Numbered from the stretch's first letter, positions 9,846 to 21,448 are shown. The stretch is DNA of 64,000 nucleotides from Clostridia bacterium (GCA_017394805.1 JAFPXC010000007.1:1093-65092); one strand, 5' to 3'. The notes: a model not told the origin generated them from the sequence alone. Numbers and translations: made by a program.

Positions 9846-9913
9846 GTCATCCCGAGCCGCCGCTTGGGCGGTGCTGTCGAGGGATCCCCTCGGGAGAGGT
9901 GCTACGGAATGAC
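9846..9913. repeat. REP/MITE-like palindromic element GTCATCCCGAG...GAGGGATC...CGGAATGAC
   Basis: near-perfect 9-bp inverted ends (GTCATCCCG / CGGAATGAC) and an internal hairpin. Confidence 0.6.
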
Positions 9914-9952
9914 GCTCAAAATAGCATTTAGTTCAAAAAGGAGATATACGTT

Positions 9953-10159
9953 ATGACCAAAATTACACCGGATACGATGATATTGGACGCCGTGCAAGTC
10001 GGCAACGGCGAGGCCGTCGCGGCCGTCTTGATGGACATCGGCATGCATTGTTTGCATTGTGCTTTCGCGCATGGCGAAACGGTAGCCGAGGCGGCTATGG
10101 TGCACGGGGTAGAGCCCGAGGAGTTGTGCCGCCGTCTCAACGAGGCCGCTCAATCCTAA
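9953..10159 (+). CDS. DUF1858-family small protein (CxxC)
   Basis: GMHCLHCAFAHGETVAEAAMVHGV; RBS AAGGAG. Confidence 0.85.
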   Translation: MTKITPDTMILDAVQVGNGEAVAAVLMDIGMHCLHCAFAHGETVAEAAMVHGVEPEELCRRLNEAAQS

Positions 10160-10160
10160 C

Positions 10161-12671
10161 GTGATGAAACGTCTGTTGCTCGCGTTTATCGCAGCGGCGG
10201 TTGCGTGTTTGACCGCCGCTTTTTGCCTTGGCGGGGTAGCCCTTGCCGAGGAAACGGTGACGGGGCAATATTTGACGGAAAACTACGTGGATCTGGGCGA
10301 GATTTTCGCCCTGTCGGCCTATCGCGATACGATCGCCGTTCTACGCGCCAAAGAAGGGCGCGCCTATCTTTCGATTTTGGGCGAAGCGACCGTCGACGTG
10401 CCGCTTGACGCCATCGACATAGAGAGTATCGACGAGCCCGTGGCGATCGCCCCCGCCGCCCTCGACGGCAAGCAGATCGCCTTGTACGACGGATACGTTT
10501 TGATGGTGGCGGCGGATAAGATGTGCGCCTACGATTGCGTTGGGGGCGCGTGGCGTACCACCAATATCCCCACCATGTTGGCCTCATACGACGAATGGAG
10601 CGGCGAGACCACGTACACGCCGTTGACGCAGTTTGCCGTGGACGAAGGCGGGAGAGTCTACGTTTGCTACGGCATGAACACTCTGCGCTGGCTGTCGTTC
10701 GCAGACGTGTTTTTGGATACGAAACCCACCGTTACCAGCACCTATTTCGCCCAATCCGCGCAAAGTTTCGTGGCGCACCAAGGCGTGTGCTACGTCTATT
10801 CGACGGCGGGCAAGTTGTACGCCGTAGATACCAACGATACGGTCTCCGTAGGCGAGCCGCAAAGCGTCGCCGCCTTCGATTCGTTCGATTATGCGGGTAG
10901 GATCGTCTATCTTTCGGACGGCGTCTTGCGCGAGCAAGCGACCGACGCCGACGTCGTATTGTTGCAAAAGGCTTCGCCTTTGTTTGAGGGGGATCGCTAT
11001 CTGCAGTCCGCCGACTTGGTGTGCACGTCCTTCGACGGGGAATCGTGGCGCGTGTTCGTCGCCGACAACGGGCAGTCCGCCGTCAAAGTATACGACGGAG
11101 AGGGCAATTTCCTCACGATGTACGGCACCTGGGGCGTGGACGACGGCAGATTGCACAACCCCACCTATTTGTCGCACAGCGGTCAAACGACCGTTATAAA
11201 GGACGACGGCAACGCCCGCGCGGTGGTCATGCGCACGAGTGACGGCGGTACCGTCTACACCCATATCGACGGATTAGCCACCGACGTGGCGGCGATGGAA
11301 GACCGCGTGTACATAGCGCGGGACGACTTGGTGCTGTGCTACGACTACGGCCATCCGCGCGAAGGTTTCGCCTATACCGAAACCACCTACTATTTGCCCG
11401 CCAAAGTGCTGTCCGTATGTTCGGACGGCGCTACCGTCTACGCCTTGACCGCCGATTGCCTCTACGTGCTGCGCTCGGCCGAAGACGCCGTGGCGCAACT
11501 TTACGTGCACGCCGTTCGAGCCAAAGTGGGGCGGCATACGGGCATCGTCTACGTGCAGACGACGGACGCCATCACCGTCTACAAGGATTTGAAAGCAGTC
11601 GGCGTGTCGGTGGACGTCTCGGGCGTGGACGTGCAGGACTTCGACGTGGACTATTGCGGCAACGTATACGTCCTTACGATGGACGGCGCTTTGCGCGTGT
11701 ATCTGCGCGCCGAAACGGGCTATACCGAGACGACTTTGACATTGGCGCTGCCTTTGCGGTCGCTGTCCATTCAGGCGGACGGTAGCGTGCTGGGTTTGTG
11801 CGAGTCGGCGGTCGTGGTACCGAATCTCACCGTACGTACCATGGCAAATAGTGCCTACGAGGCGCCGCGATGGAACGATCCCGTATCCGTCGTGGAGATC
11901 ACCGACACCGTATGGGGCTACGCCAGCCCCAACAACTACGAGAGCGTCGTGTCGGTGGCGGCGGGTACGTTCGCTATGTGTATGGCCGACCACACCTACC
12001 AAGGCAACGAGTATTACTACGTGGAGTTTTCGCTGTCCACCGTGGGCAACGTGCGGTACGAGAAAGCCTATATCCCCAAAGGCGCGGCCAGCCCCGTGGC
12101 TTACGTTGCGCCCGACGATATGTACGTCCGCTACGACGGCGCCACCGCGACCACGGGCATTTATCCCTATCCGTCCTATTCGGCCGAGGCCGTGCGTATG
12201 GTGGACAAAGCCGACGCCACCTTCAAGGTGTTGCGTATGATGGGCGTGAAAGCCGGCGAATTGGTGTGGCGTTGGTATATGGTGCAAGCCGGAGATACCG
12301 TCGCCTACGTGGCCGCCGACAACTACGTGGCCGCCGATCCTCCCTACGTGGAGGTGGAACGCTACTACGCGCGTTGCGTAGCGGGCAAATTGGGCGAAAA
12401 GGTGCCCGTGTACGCTTCGCCCGACGCCGACGGCGAGGTGGTCGCTTCCTTGGTGGACGGCACCAAGGTTGAATTGACTGCGCCCTACGACGCCGACAGC
12501 GAATATACCAAGATACGCTTGGGCGACCGCGAGGTCTACCTGCGCACGGCCAACGTGACCACCCGTTCCCTTACCAACGGGCAGACCTTCGCCCTCATCA
12601 TGAGCGTAGTGGTCATCTCGGCCGCCGCCGTAACGCTCGTATTGTATTTATTGGTCCGCAAGCGCCGCTGA
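10161..12671 (+). CDS. secreted, C-terminally membrane-anchored protein with NHL/beta-propeller repeats and SH3b-like modules
   Basis: signal peptide (..GVALA-EE), NHL-like YGTWGVDDGRLHNPTYLS, SH3-like VPVYASPDADGEVVASL, C-terminal TM + RKRR. Confidence 0.7.
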   Translation: MMKRLLLAFIAAAVACLTAAFCLGGVALAEETVTGQYLTENYVDLGEIFALSAYRDTIAVLRAKEGRAYLSILGEATVDVPLDAIDIESIDEPVAIAPAALDGKQIALYDGYVLMVAADKMCAYDCVGGAWRTTNIPTMLASYDEWSGETTYTPLTQFAVDEGGRVYVCYGMNTLRWLSFADVFLDTKPTVTSTYFAQSAQSFVAHQGVCYVYSTAGKLYAVDTNDTVSVGEPQSVAAFDSFDYAGRIVYLSDGVLREQATDADVVLLQKASPLFEGDRYLQSADLVCTSFDGESWRVFVADNGQSAVKVYDGEGNFLTMYGTWGVDDGRLHNPTYLSHSGQTTVIKDDGNARAVVMRTSDGGTVYTHIDGLATDVAAMEDRVYIARDDLVLCYDYGHPREGFAYTETTYYLPAKVLSVCSDGATVYALTADCLYVLRSAEDAVAQLYVHAVRAKVGRHTGIVYVQTTDAITVYKDLKAVGVSVDVSGVDVQDFDVDYCGNVYVLTMDGALRVYLRAETGYTETTLTLALPLRSLSIQADGSVLGLCESAVVVPNLTVRTMANSAYEAPRWNDPVSVVEITDTVWGYASPNNYESVVSVAAGTFAMCMADHTYQGNEYYYVEFSLSTVGNVRYEKAYIPKGAASPVAYVAPDDMYVRYDGATATTGIYPYPSYSAEAVRMVDKADATFKVLRMMGVKAGELVWRWYMVQAGDTVAYVAADNYVAADPPYVEVERYYARCVAGKLGEKVPVYASPDADGEVVASLVDGTKVELTAPYDADSEYTKIRLGDREVYLRTANVTTRSLTNGQTFALIMSVVVISAAAVTLVLYLLVRKRR

Positions 12672-12909
12672 CGTTTTTCCCTTCAATCCCCCGACTGTTT
12701 TCCCCCTTAAACACGCTCACCGTCCGCGTTTTTTCATTCTCCCGTGCGGTATCCCGTCGGGCTATGCCGTGCCACTTCGTGACAGACTCCCCCCGTCCCC
12801 TGCCCCCCTGCGGTAACAATGCGGCAGACAACCCCGCGCACCTATACGATTTGAGGCAAAACAAACAAAAATGGGGTATTTGGCGCTCCAAAAGGGCAAA
12901 AGGGCAAGA

Positions 12910-12938
12910 AAAAACCGTTCGTGGATCGAACGGTTTTT
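12910..12938. terminator. bidirectional terminator downstream of the tRNA
   Basis: AAAAACCGTTCG-TGGAT-CGAACGGTTTTT. Confidence 0.85.
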
Positions 12939-12939
12939 G

Positions 12940-13016
12940 TGGTGTACCCGTCGGGGTTCGAACCCGAAGTCGACGGCGTCGGAGGCCGTAATGTTATCCA
13001 GTTACACTACGAGTAC
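12940..13016 (-). tRNA. tRNA-Arg (anticodon CCG)
   Basis: cloverleaf: GTACTCG/CGGGTAC acceptor stem, ACGGC-CTCCGAC-GCCGT anticodon arm, TTCGAAC T-loop, A20, encoded CCA. Confidence 0.95.
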
Positions 13017-13333
13017 AGGGCCACGTATATTATATAGCATTATTGCTTGCGTGGCTATCGTTTTGAGGTAGATTTTGGCCGAAAAACGCACATTTTTTTG
13101 GGCGTTTTTGGGCGGTTTTAAGCACTTTTTGGGCATTTTCGGCCCATTTTGAAGCGTTTTTTGCCACTTTTTTTCGGCCGATTTTCGGCGAAAACCCGAT
13201 TTCGTCGTCTTTTGGGCGGTTGCTGTCGAGGTCTTGTAGCGATGGGGTCGAGCGCGTCGAAGCAGTCAGGCCGTCCTTTGCTTGAAGGCATTTGCCGTAT
13301 CTATGCGACCGTCGCGAACGGACGTAAAAGGCG

Positions 13334-15166
13334 CTAACGGAGGGGCTTGAGGATCATCACGCAGTTGACGTGCGCGAAGACGTTGCCTTCCCACACGCGC
13401 CCCGTCAAGAGGTCTTGACAGCGGTCGTAGAGGCTGAGACCGTGCGGCCGCAGGGAGGCGTTGGCCACCACGGCCACCTCGTTTGCGCCCTCGCCCCGCA
13501 GCATGACCAGCACGCCCTCGCGGTTGGCGAAGCGAACGGAGCCTCGGAGGGACTCGGCGATTTGATGACGCACCTCGCCCAATTTGGTGTAGAACGCGCG
13601 CAACTCCTCGTTGGGGTTATCCCACGGATAGGGGCGGCGGTTGATGGGATCGGCGAAGCCCGTCAAACCCACCTCGTCGCCGTAGTAGACGGAGGGGGTG
13701 CCGGGCAGGGTGTATTGCAACACGGCCGCCACCATCAGCCTGTCCATGCCCAAGCGGCGTTGTTGGGGCGAAAGGCGGTAGTCCTTTTGCATTTGTTTGG
13801 TCCAGCCCGTCGTGTTGATTTGGGCGAGCTCGTTGAGTATACGCACGGTGTCGTGCGAATCCAACAGCGTGAGGCTGTGATCCAGCGCGTGGCGCGGATA
13901 ATTCTCGCACACGTCCATCACCGCGGCGGCGAAGTCGTCCGCGTTGCCCTTGGTGGCGTAGGCCTTGATGGCGTTGAGAAAGACGTAGTTCATTACGCCG
14001 TCGAGTTGGTCGTCCGTAAAGTAATGGCGTTGCACGCCGTACGAACACTTGGTGGACGCGTCCTCCCACACTTCGCCGATGATATGGCTTTGGGGGTTGG
14101 CTTGGCGGATACACCGACACAACTCGTCCAGATAGAAATCGGGCAACTCGTCCACGACGTCCAACCGCCAATCCACGTCGTAGCGCGACCAATGCGCGAC
14201 GGGGCCTTCGTCCCCGAAGAGATAGGCGCGGGCGGCGCGGCTGTTCTTGTTGATGGTAGGCACGTTTTCGATGCCCCACCAGCAGTCGTACTTGCCGTTT
14301 TTGTAGATGGTGAACCAATCGTAGTAGGGGGACGCTTCGCCCTGATAGGCGCCCACCACGGGGAAGTGATTGTCGCGGTTGAAATAGATGCTGTCCGAGC
14401 CCGTGTGATTGAACACGCCGTCCAGCATAACGCGCATACCGCGCGCCTTGGCCTCGCGCACCAATTCGGCGAAATCCTCTTCGGTGCCCACCATCGGGTC
14501 GATTTGCATATAATCGGCCGTATCGTAGCGGTGATTGCTGACCGACAGGAAGATGGGGCTGAGGAAGAGCAGGGTGACGCCCAGACTTTGAAGATAGTCC
14601 AACCGAGAGACGATGCCTTTGAGGTTGCCGCCGTAGAAGTCGTTGGCGCTGTAGTGTTCGCCGTTGCGTCCCGTGATGTCCACGTCCTCGTCCCACGCTT
14701 TGTTGAAGCGCTCGGGCAGCGCGTCCAATCTCGCGTCGTAGGGAATGTCCGCCTTGGCGAAGCGGTCTACGAAGATATGGTAGGCGATTTCGTCACCGCG
14801 GCCTCTCTCCTCGGACGTATCTTGGGAATAGACGGTCAACTGCCACTCGGGCAAGAAGTCGCCCGACACGGCGTTGCCCATCTTGTCCCGCCCGACGAAG
14901 AGAATGCCCGAATAGGTCTGCACCTCGAAGCGGTAGTAGAAAAGCCCCCAACGTGGTGGTGTAAATTGTGCCACGTAATAGCGATAGCCGTCCTTTTGCT
15001 CGGCGAAATCCATCGCCACGACGGTCGATTTGGCGTCCTTGCGCATGACGAGCCGCACGGACGTTTCGCCCACGTCTTGCCGTACGCCGAAAGTAAAACT
15101 TACCTCCGTTCGTTCGCGTACGGCACCGAAGGGCGACTTATTTTGATGTTGATTGAAGCGAAACAT
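13334..15166 (-). CDS. GH13 glycosidase (neopullulanase/cyclomaltodextrinase-like), probable glycogen debranching or maltodextrin enzyme
   Basis: LDGVFNHTG, WRLDVVDE, IGEVW, LDSHDT catalytic regions; last gene of the glg operon. Confidence 0.88.
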   Translation of the reverse strand: MFRFNQHQNKSPFGAVRERTEVSFTFGVRQDVGETSVRLVMRKDAKSTVVAMDFAEQKDGYRYYVAQFTPPRWGLFYYRFEVQTYSGILFVGRDKMGNAVSGDFLPEWQLTVYSQDTSEERGRGDEIAYHIFVDRFAKADIPYDARLDALPERFNKAWDEDVDITGRNGEHYSANDFYGGNLKGIVSRLDYLQSLGVTLLFLSPIFLSVSNHRYDTADYMQIDPMVGTEEDFAELVREAKARGMRVMLDGVFNHTGSDSIYFNRDNHFPVVGAYQGEASPYYDWFTIYKNGKYDCWWGIENVPTINKNSRAARAYLFGDEGPVAHWSRYDVDWRLDVVDELPDFYLDELCRCIRQANPQSHIIGEVWEDASTKCSYGVQRHYFTDDQLDGVMNYVFLNAIKAYATKGNADDFAAAVMDVCENYPRHALDHSLTLLDSHDTVRILNELAQINTTGWTKQMQKDYRLSPQQRRLGMDRLMVAAVLQYTLPGTPSVYYGDEVGLTGFADPINRRPYPWDNPNEELRAFYTKLGEVRHQIAESLRGSVRFANREGVLVMLRGEGANEVAVVANASLRPHGLSLYDRCQDLLTGRVWEGNVFAHVNCVMILKPLR

Positions 15167-15172
15167 TGTTGA

Positions 15173-17602
15173 TTATTCGACGGGTTTGATATTCCAGATG
15201 CGATTGGCGTATTCCTTGACGGCGCGATCCGCGGCGAAGAAGCCGCTCTTGGCCACGTTGACCAAGCTCATGCGGTTCCAGCGTTCGCGGTCACGGTAGG
15301 CGTTGTTGATCTCCTCTTGCACGTTGACGTAACTGCGGAAGTCCGCCACGCAAAGGAAGGGATCGGGCTTGCCACCTCTGCCGATGGTCAAGAGGTCCGC
15401 CAATTCGGCGAAAGACACGCCGCCCACGCCCGCACGCATATAGTCTATGACGTGCTTGAGGTCCATATCGTTGTTGTAGTAGTTCGAAGGCGAGTAGCGG
15501 TTGGAACCCATCAACTCGGCGGCTTGCGCGGCCCTAAGACCGAAGATGAAGATATTTTCCGCACCCACGTTCTCGTAGATCTCCACGTTGGCGCCGTCCA
15601 TCGTGCCGCAGGTCACCGCGCCGTTGATCATGAACTTCATATTGCCCGTACCGCTGGCCTCTTTGCCCGCCACCGAGATTTGCTCGCTGACTTCGCTGGC
15701 CGGCATAATGATTTCGGCCAAAGACACGCAATAGTTCTCGAGGAAGACCACCTTGAGTTTGCCCTTGATGGACGCGTCGTTGTTGATCTCCTTGCTCATC
15801 ATATAGATGAGGCGGATGATCTGTTTGGCGACGTAATAACTGCTGGCGGCCTTGGCACCGAAGATGAAGGTGCGCGGCCTTATGTCGAGGTCGGGATTCT
15901 CTTTGAGTTTGAGGTACAGGTCCAATATGTGCAACACGTTGAGGAGCTGCCGTTTGTACTCGTGCAAACGCTTGACCTGCACGTCGAAGATGCTGTTCTC
16001 GTCCAACGTAATGTCGTAGTTGTCCTTGACGTACTTGGCCAAACGCGCTTTGTTTTTGAGCTTGATTTGCTCCAAACGGTCAAGCACCTGACGGTCGCCT
16101 TGGTAGTGCATCAAGGGGGACAGGTCGGCCGTGCGCACGAAGTCGTCGCCGATGAGGTCGGTGCACAACCGACTGAGGTCGGGATTGGCCTCGCACAGCC
16201 AGCGGCGGTGCGTGATGCCGTTGGTGACGTTGGTGTACTTCTCGGGGTGCATCTTGTACCCGTCCTTGAAGACGTCCGTGATGAGGATCTCGGAGTGCAA
16301 AGCCGACACGCCGTTGACGGTATGCGACGCGCACAGGCACAGGTTGGCCATGCGAATCTCGCCGTACGCCATGATGGCGTTGCGCGTCACCTTATCCCAA
16401 TCGTTGGGGAAGGCGCGCCACAACTCGTCGCAGTAGCGGCGGTTGATTTCGCAAATGATTTGGTAGATACGCGGAATTTGTTGCTCCACCAAGTGCTGCG
16501 GCCATTTTTCCAACGCTTCGGCCATGACCGTGTGGTTGGTGTAGGACACCGTTTGACACACGATATTCCAGGCTTTTTGCCAATCGTAGCCCTGTTCGTC
16601 CACCATGATGCGCATCAACTCGGGAATGCACAAAGTGGGGTGCGTATCGTTGACGTGAATGGCCACTTGGTCGGCCAAATTGTCGAGATTGGGGTTGTAC
16701 TTCAAGTGGTTGCGCACGATATTCTGCACGCTCGCGGACACGAAGAAGTATTGCTGTTTGAGCCTTAACGCCTTGCCTTCGATATGGTCGTCGGCGGGGT
16801 AGAGCACCTTGCTGATGCTCTCGGCGAGGGCCTTATTTTCGCTGGCCTTGAGGTATTCGCCGCGGCTGAAGAGCGCCATGTCGAACTCCACGGGCGTAGA
16901 GGCCGCCCACAGGCGAATGCGGTTGACCGCCTTGGTGTGGTATCCCGAAATATACATATCGTAGGCTTTGGCCAAAATGGTGGTATAGTTGCGATGGTTG
17001 ATTTTGAGCCCTTGGTCCGTCCATTCCTCTTCCACCGTGCCGCCGAAGCGCACTTCGAAGGTCTCTTCGGGACGAGGCGCCAGCCAATTCTCGCCGCCCT
17101 CGTCCAACCAGGTGTCGGGCATTTCCATCTGCCAACCGTCCACGATGCGTTGGCGGAAGATGCCGTAGTCGTACCGAATGGAGAAGCCGTTGGCGGCGTA
17201 GCCCTCGCTGGTCAAAGCGTCCATATACGCGGCGGCCAAACGGCCCAAACCGCCGTTGCCCAAGCCGGCGTCCGGCTCCAACTGCTCGAGGTCTTCCAAA
17301 TCCCAGCCGTAGTCCTTCAACACCTTGGCCACCACGTCGGTGAGCCCCAAATTGTAGAGGTGATTTTTGAGCGAACGGCCGAGCAGGAATTCCATACTCA
17401 TATAGAAGACCTGTTTTTGCTGTTTGGCGCGGATCTCGTGCTTGAAATCCATACGCTTTTGCGATAATATATCCCGTACGACGAAGCATACGGCGTCGAA
17501 CATTTGTTTTTTGGAAGCGTCGGCGGCGGAGATGCCTTGGTAACGGCTGACCTGTCGCTCGATCAATTCCTTCATTTCTTTTGCATTGATATTTTCCGTC
17601 AT
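15173..17602 (-). CDS. glgP: glycogen/starch phosphorylase
   Basis: GLGNGGLGRLAA, VKRLHEYKRQ, KEASGTGNMK (PLP lysine); start placed at ATG17602 behind GGAGGA. Confidence 0.95.
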   Translation of the reverse strand: MTENINAKEMKELIERQVSRYQGISAADASKKQMFDAVCFVVRDILSQKRMDFKHEIRAKQQKQVFYMSMEFLLGRSLKNHLYNLGLTDVVAKVLKDYGWDLEDLEQLEPDAGLGNGGLGRLAAAYMDALTSEGYAANGFSIRYDYGIFRQRIVDGWQMEMPDTWLDEGGENWLAPRPEETFEVRFGGTVEEEWTDQGLKINHRNYTTILAKAYDMYISGYHTKAVNRIRLWAASTPVEFDMALFSRGEYLKASENKALAESISKVLYPADDHIEGKALRLKQQYFFVSASVQNIVRNHLKYNPNLDNLADQVAIHVNDTHPTLCIPELMRIMVDEQGYDWQKAWNIVCQTVSYTNHTVMAEALEKWPQHLVEQQIPRIYQIICEINRRYCDELWRAFPNDWDKVTRNAIMAYGEIRMANLCLCASHTVNGVSALHSEILITDVFKDGYKMHPEKYTNVTNGITHRRWLCEANPDLSRLCTDLIGDDFVRTADLSPLMHYQGDRQVLDRLEQIKLKNKARLAKYVKDNYDITLDENSIFDVQVKRLHEYKRQLLNVLHILDLYLKLKENPDLDIRPRTFIFGAKAASSYYVAKQIIRLIYMMSKEINNDASIKGKLKVVFLENYCVSLAEIIMPASEVSEQISVAGKEASGTGNMKFMINGAVTCGTMDGANVEIYENVGAENIFIFGLRAAQAAELMGSNRYSPSNYYNNDMDLKHVIDYMRAGVGGVSFAELADLLTIGRGGKPDPFLCVADFRSYVNVQEEINNAYRDRERWNRMSLVNVAKSGFFAADRAVKEYANRIWNIKPVE

Positions 17603-17624
17603 GTAATCCTCCTGCCACGGTCGA

Positions 17625-19097
17625 CTACTTGAGTAGACCGTCATATAAATCCGCGTATTTCACCGCCGATACCGCCCAACTGAAATCGGTGGACATATCG
17701 TTCTTGATGATTTGCCGCCAATTCTCTTTGTCGTTGTAGTACATATCCACCGCACGCCAAATAGCGCCCAACATCTCGTGGCCGGTATAGGCGTAGAACG
17801 TGAAGCCCAAGCCCTCTTTCGTCTCGGGGTTGTAGGGCTTGACGCTGTCCTTGAGGCCGCCCGTCTCGCGCACCACGGGCACGGCGCCGTAGCGCATGGC
17901 GATCATCTGCGACAAGCCGCAGGGCTCGAACTTGCTGGGCATCAGGAAGATATCCGACGAAGCGTACAGCTTGCTGGCCAAATCTTTGCTGAAATTGATG
18001 ATGACGCGCAGTTTGGCGCCGTAGCGACGCTCCAACTCCTTGAAGCCGTTCTCGAAACGCCATTCGCCCGTGCCCAAAATGACCAACTGAATGTCGGCGG
18101 CCAACAATTCCTCGGCCACTTCCAACACCAAATCGAAGCCTTTTTGGGTGGTGAGGCGGCTTACCATGCTGATGATAGGTCTGTCCTCGCGGAAGTTGAG
18201 GTCGAGCAATTCGCACAAAGCCTTCTTGTTTTCCAAGCGTTTTTCGATGGAATTCACGTCGAAGGGCACGGCCACGGACTGATCGGCGGCGGGGTTGTAC
18301 AACTCGGGATCGATGCCGTTGATGATGCCCGTGATCTTGTATTGACGGGCCTTGAGAATGCTGTCCAAATCGTAGGCGTAGAAGGGATCCTGCAACTCAC
18401 GCGCATAGGTGGGGCTGACCGTGGTCACGGCGTTGGCGCATTCGATACCGCCCTTGAGGTAGTTCATCGCGCCCGCGTATTCCACCAGCGAAATGGCCTC
18501 GTTGGGCAACGCGCAGATCTCGTGCGCCAAGGAAATGTCGTACTTGCCCTGGAACTCGATATTGTGAATGGTGAAGACGGTTTTGACCTCTTTCAATTTG
18601 TCCACGCTGCGGTAGAACACGTCCAAGAAGACGGGGATGAGCGCGGTGTGCCAGTCGTTGCAATGAATGACCTGCGGATCGAAGTCGATGATATTGAGCG
18701 CTTCCAACACGGCCTTGCAGAAGAAGGCGAAACGCTCTGCGTCGTCGTATTGTCCGTACATCGTATTGCGGCGGAAATAGTACTCGTTGTCGATGAAGTA
18801 ATAGGTGACGCCGTTCGCCGAACTCTGGAACACGCCGCAGTATTGCTTGCGCCAGCCCAAATAGACGTAGGTGTTGCCTACGAAACGCATCGTGTCCGTA
18901 TATGTGGACGGAATGCCCGAATAATAGGGCATAATGACGCGGCAGTCGATGCCTTCTTTGCTCAACGCTTGGGGCAATGCGCCCGCTACGTCGCCCAAAC
19001 CGCCGCTTCTCAAAAAGGGCATTGCTTCGCCCGTGGCGAACAGCACGCGCTTAATGGTGCGCCCTTTCGTTGTTGCTACTTTCTTTTTTGCAGCCAT
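17625..19097 (-). CDS. glgA: glycogen synthase
   Basis: RSGGLGDV, HCNDWHT, PSKFEPCGLSQM. Confidence 0.95.
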   Translation of the reverse strand: MAAKKKVATTKGRTIKRVLFATGEAMPFLRSGGLGDVAGALPQALSKEGIDCRVIMPYYSGIPSTYTDTMRFVGNTYVYLGWRKQYCGVFQSSANGVTYYFIDNEYYFRRNTMYGQYDDAERFAFFCKAVLEALNIIDFDPQVIHCNDWHTALIPVFLDVFYRSVDKLKEVKTVFTIHNIEFQGKYDISLAHEICALPNEAISLVEYAGAMNYLKGGIECANAVTTVSPTYARELQDPFYAYDLDSILKARQYKITGIINGIDPELYNPAADQSVAVPFDVNSIEKRLENKKALCELLDLNFREDRPIISMVSRLTTQKGFDLVLEVAEELLAADIQLVILGTGEWRFENGFKELERRYGAKLRVIINFSKDLASKLYASSDIFLMPSKFEPCGLSQMIAMRYGAVPVVRETGGLKDSVKPYNPETKEGLGFTFYAYTGHEMLGAIWRAVDMYYNDKENWRQIIKNDMSTDFSWAVSAVKYADLYDGLLK

Positions 19098-19113
19098 ATA
19101 TACCTCCTTAGAC

Positions 19114-20226
19114 CTACACGGTCTTGCCTTTGGCCACCACGACGGGATAGGTTTCGTAGCCCGAGATGGTGCGCTCGTTGCGAATGGTCACGTCCTTGTC
19201 CGTGATGGTGTAACAAACTTCGGCGTTCTCCATAATGACGCCGTTTTCCATAATGATACTGTTTTTGATGACCGCGCCTTTCTCCACCTTGACGCCACGG
19301 AACAGGACGGAGTTTTCCACCGTGCCGTCTATGACGCAGCCGTCGGCGACAAGACTATTCTTGACGCAGGCGTTGTCCTTGTAAACGGTGGGGATGCTGT
19401 CTTTGACTTTGGTGTAGATGACGCCCTCGCCGTAGAACAGCTTGTTGCGTTTTTCCGAATCGAGCAAAGCGAGGTTTTCGACGTAGAAGCTCTTGATGTC
19501 GTCCACCACGGCCACGTAGCCGTCCACTTTGTACTCGTACAATTTGAGCTCGCTCACCTGCTTGGTCAGCACGTCCTTTTCCCAATCGAAGCAACCGCGC
19601 GCATATTGTTTCTCTACGATTTGCATCAAGAGGTCCTTCTTGACGAGATACATATTGAGGCCCACGTCGTAGGTGACTTCTTCGGGTTTCTCGGTGATAT
19701 AGATATCGTTGATGCGGCCGTCCTCGCCCGCGGATACGATCATACGGCGGGAAGAGGTGGGGCAAGCCTCGTGCGTCAGCACGGTCACGTCCGCCCCCGT
19801 GCGGATATGCGCCTCGTACACCTTGTTGTAGTCGATATTGAGGGCCACGTTGCTATTGGTCAAAAGGACGTATTCCTCGGGGTTGTGGGACAAAAAGCCC
19901 TGTATGGAATAGAGCGCTTCGATCTTGCCCTTGTACATCTCGCGCGAAGCGTTGAGGACGAAGGGCGGGAAGATGGAGATGCCGCTGTTTTTGCGGTTGA
20001 GGTCCCAATCTCTGCCCATACGGATATGGTCCATCAACGAGGAGTAGTTGCTACGGGTGACGATACCGATCTGGGTAATGCCCGAGTTGACCATGTTGGA
20101 CAAGGTAAAGTCGATAAGACGATATCTGCCGCAGAAAGGCAAGCTGGCCGTGGTGCGGTGGATCGTCAATTCGTTGAGTTTCGTTTCGTAATCACTTGCA
20201 AAAATAACGCCCATTACGTTGTTCAT
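19114..20226 (-). CDS. glgD: glucose-1-phosphate adenylyltransferase subunit GlgD
   Basis: LTIHRTTASLPFCGRYRLIDFTLSNMVNSGI, WDLNRKN. Confidence 0.93.
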   Translation of the reverse strand: MNNVMGVIFASDYETKLNELTIHRTTASLPFCGRYRLIDFTLSNMVNSGITQIGIVTRSNYSSLMDHIRMGRDWDLNRKNSGISIFPPFVLNASREMYKGKIEALYSIQGFLSHNPEEYVLLTNSNVALNIDYNKVYEAHIRTGADVTVLTHEACPTSSRRMIVSAGEDGRINDIYITEKPEEVTYDVGLNMYLVKKDLLMQIVEKQYARGCFDWEKDVLTKQVSELKLYEYKVDGYVAVVDDIKSFYVENLALLDSEKRNKLFYGEGVIYTKVKDSIPTVYKDNACVKNSLVADGCVIDGTVENSVLFRGVKVEKGAVIKNSIIMENGVIMENAEVCYTITDKDVTIRNERTISGYETYPVVVAKGKTV

Positions 20227-20236
20227 GGTACACCTC

Positions 20237-21436
<1,200 letters not shown>

Positions 21437-21448
21437 TGTTTGCTCTCC

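Noticed and set aside
12672-12945. tRNA-Arg 3' end as an island integration site
   Set aside because: No integrase, no duplicated tRNA 3' end and no compositional shift in the flanking genes.
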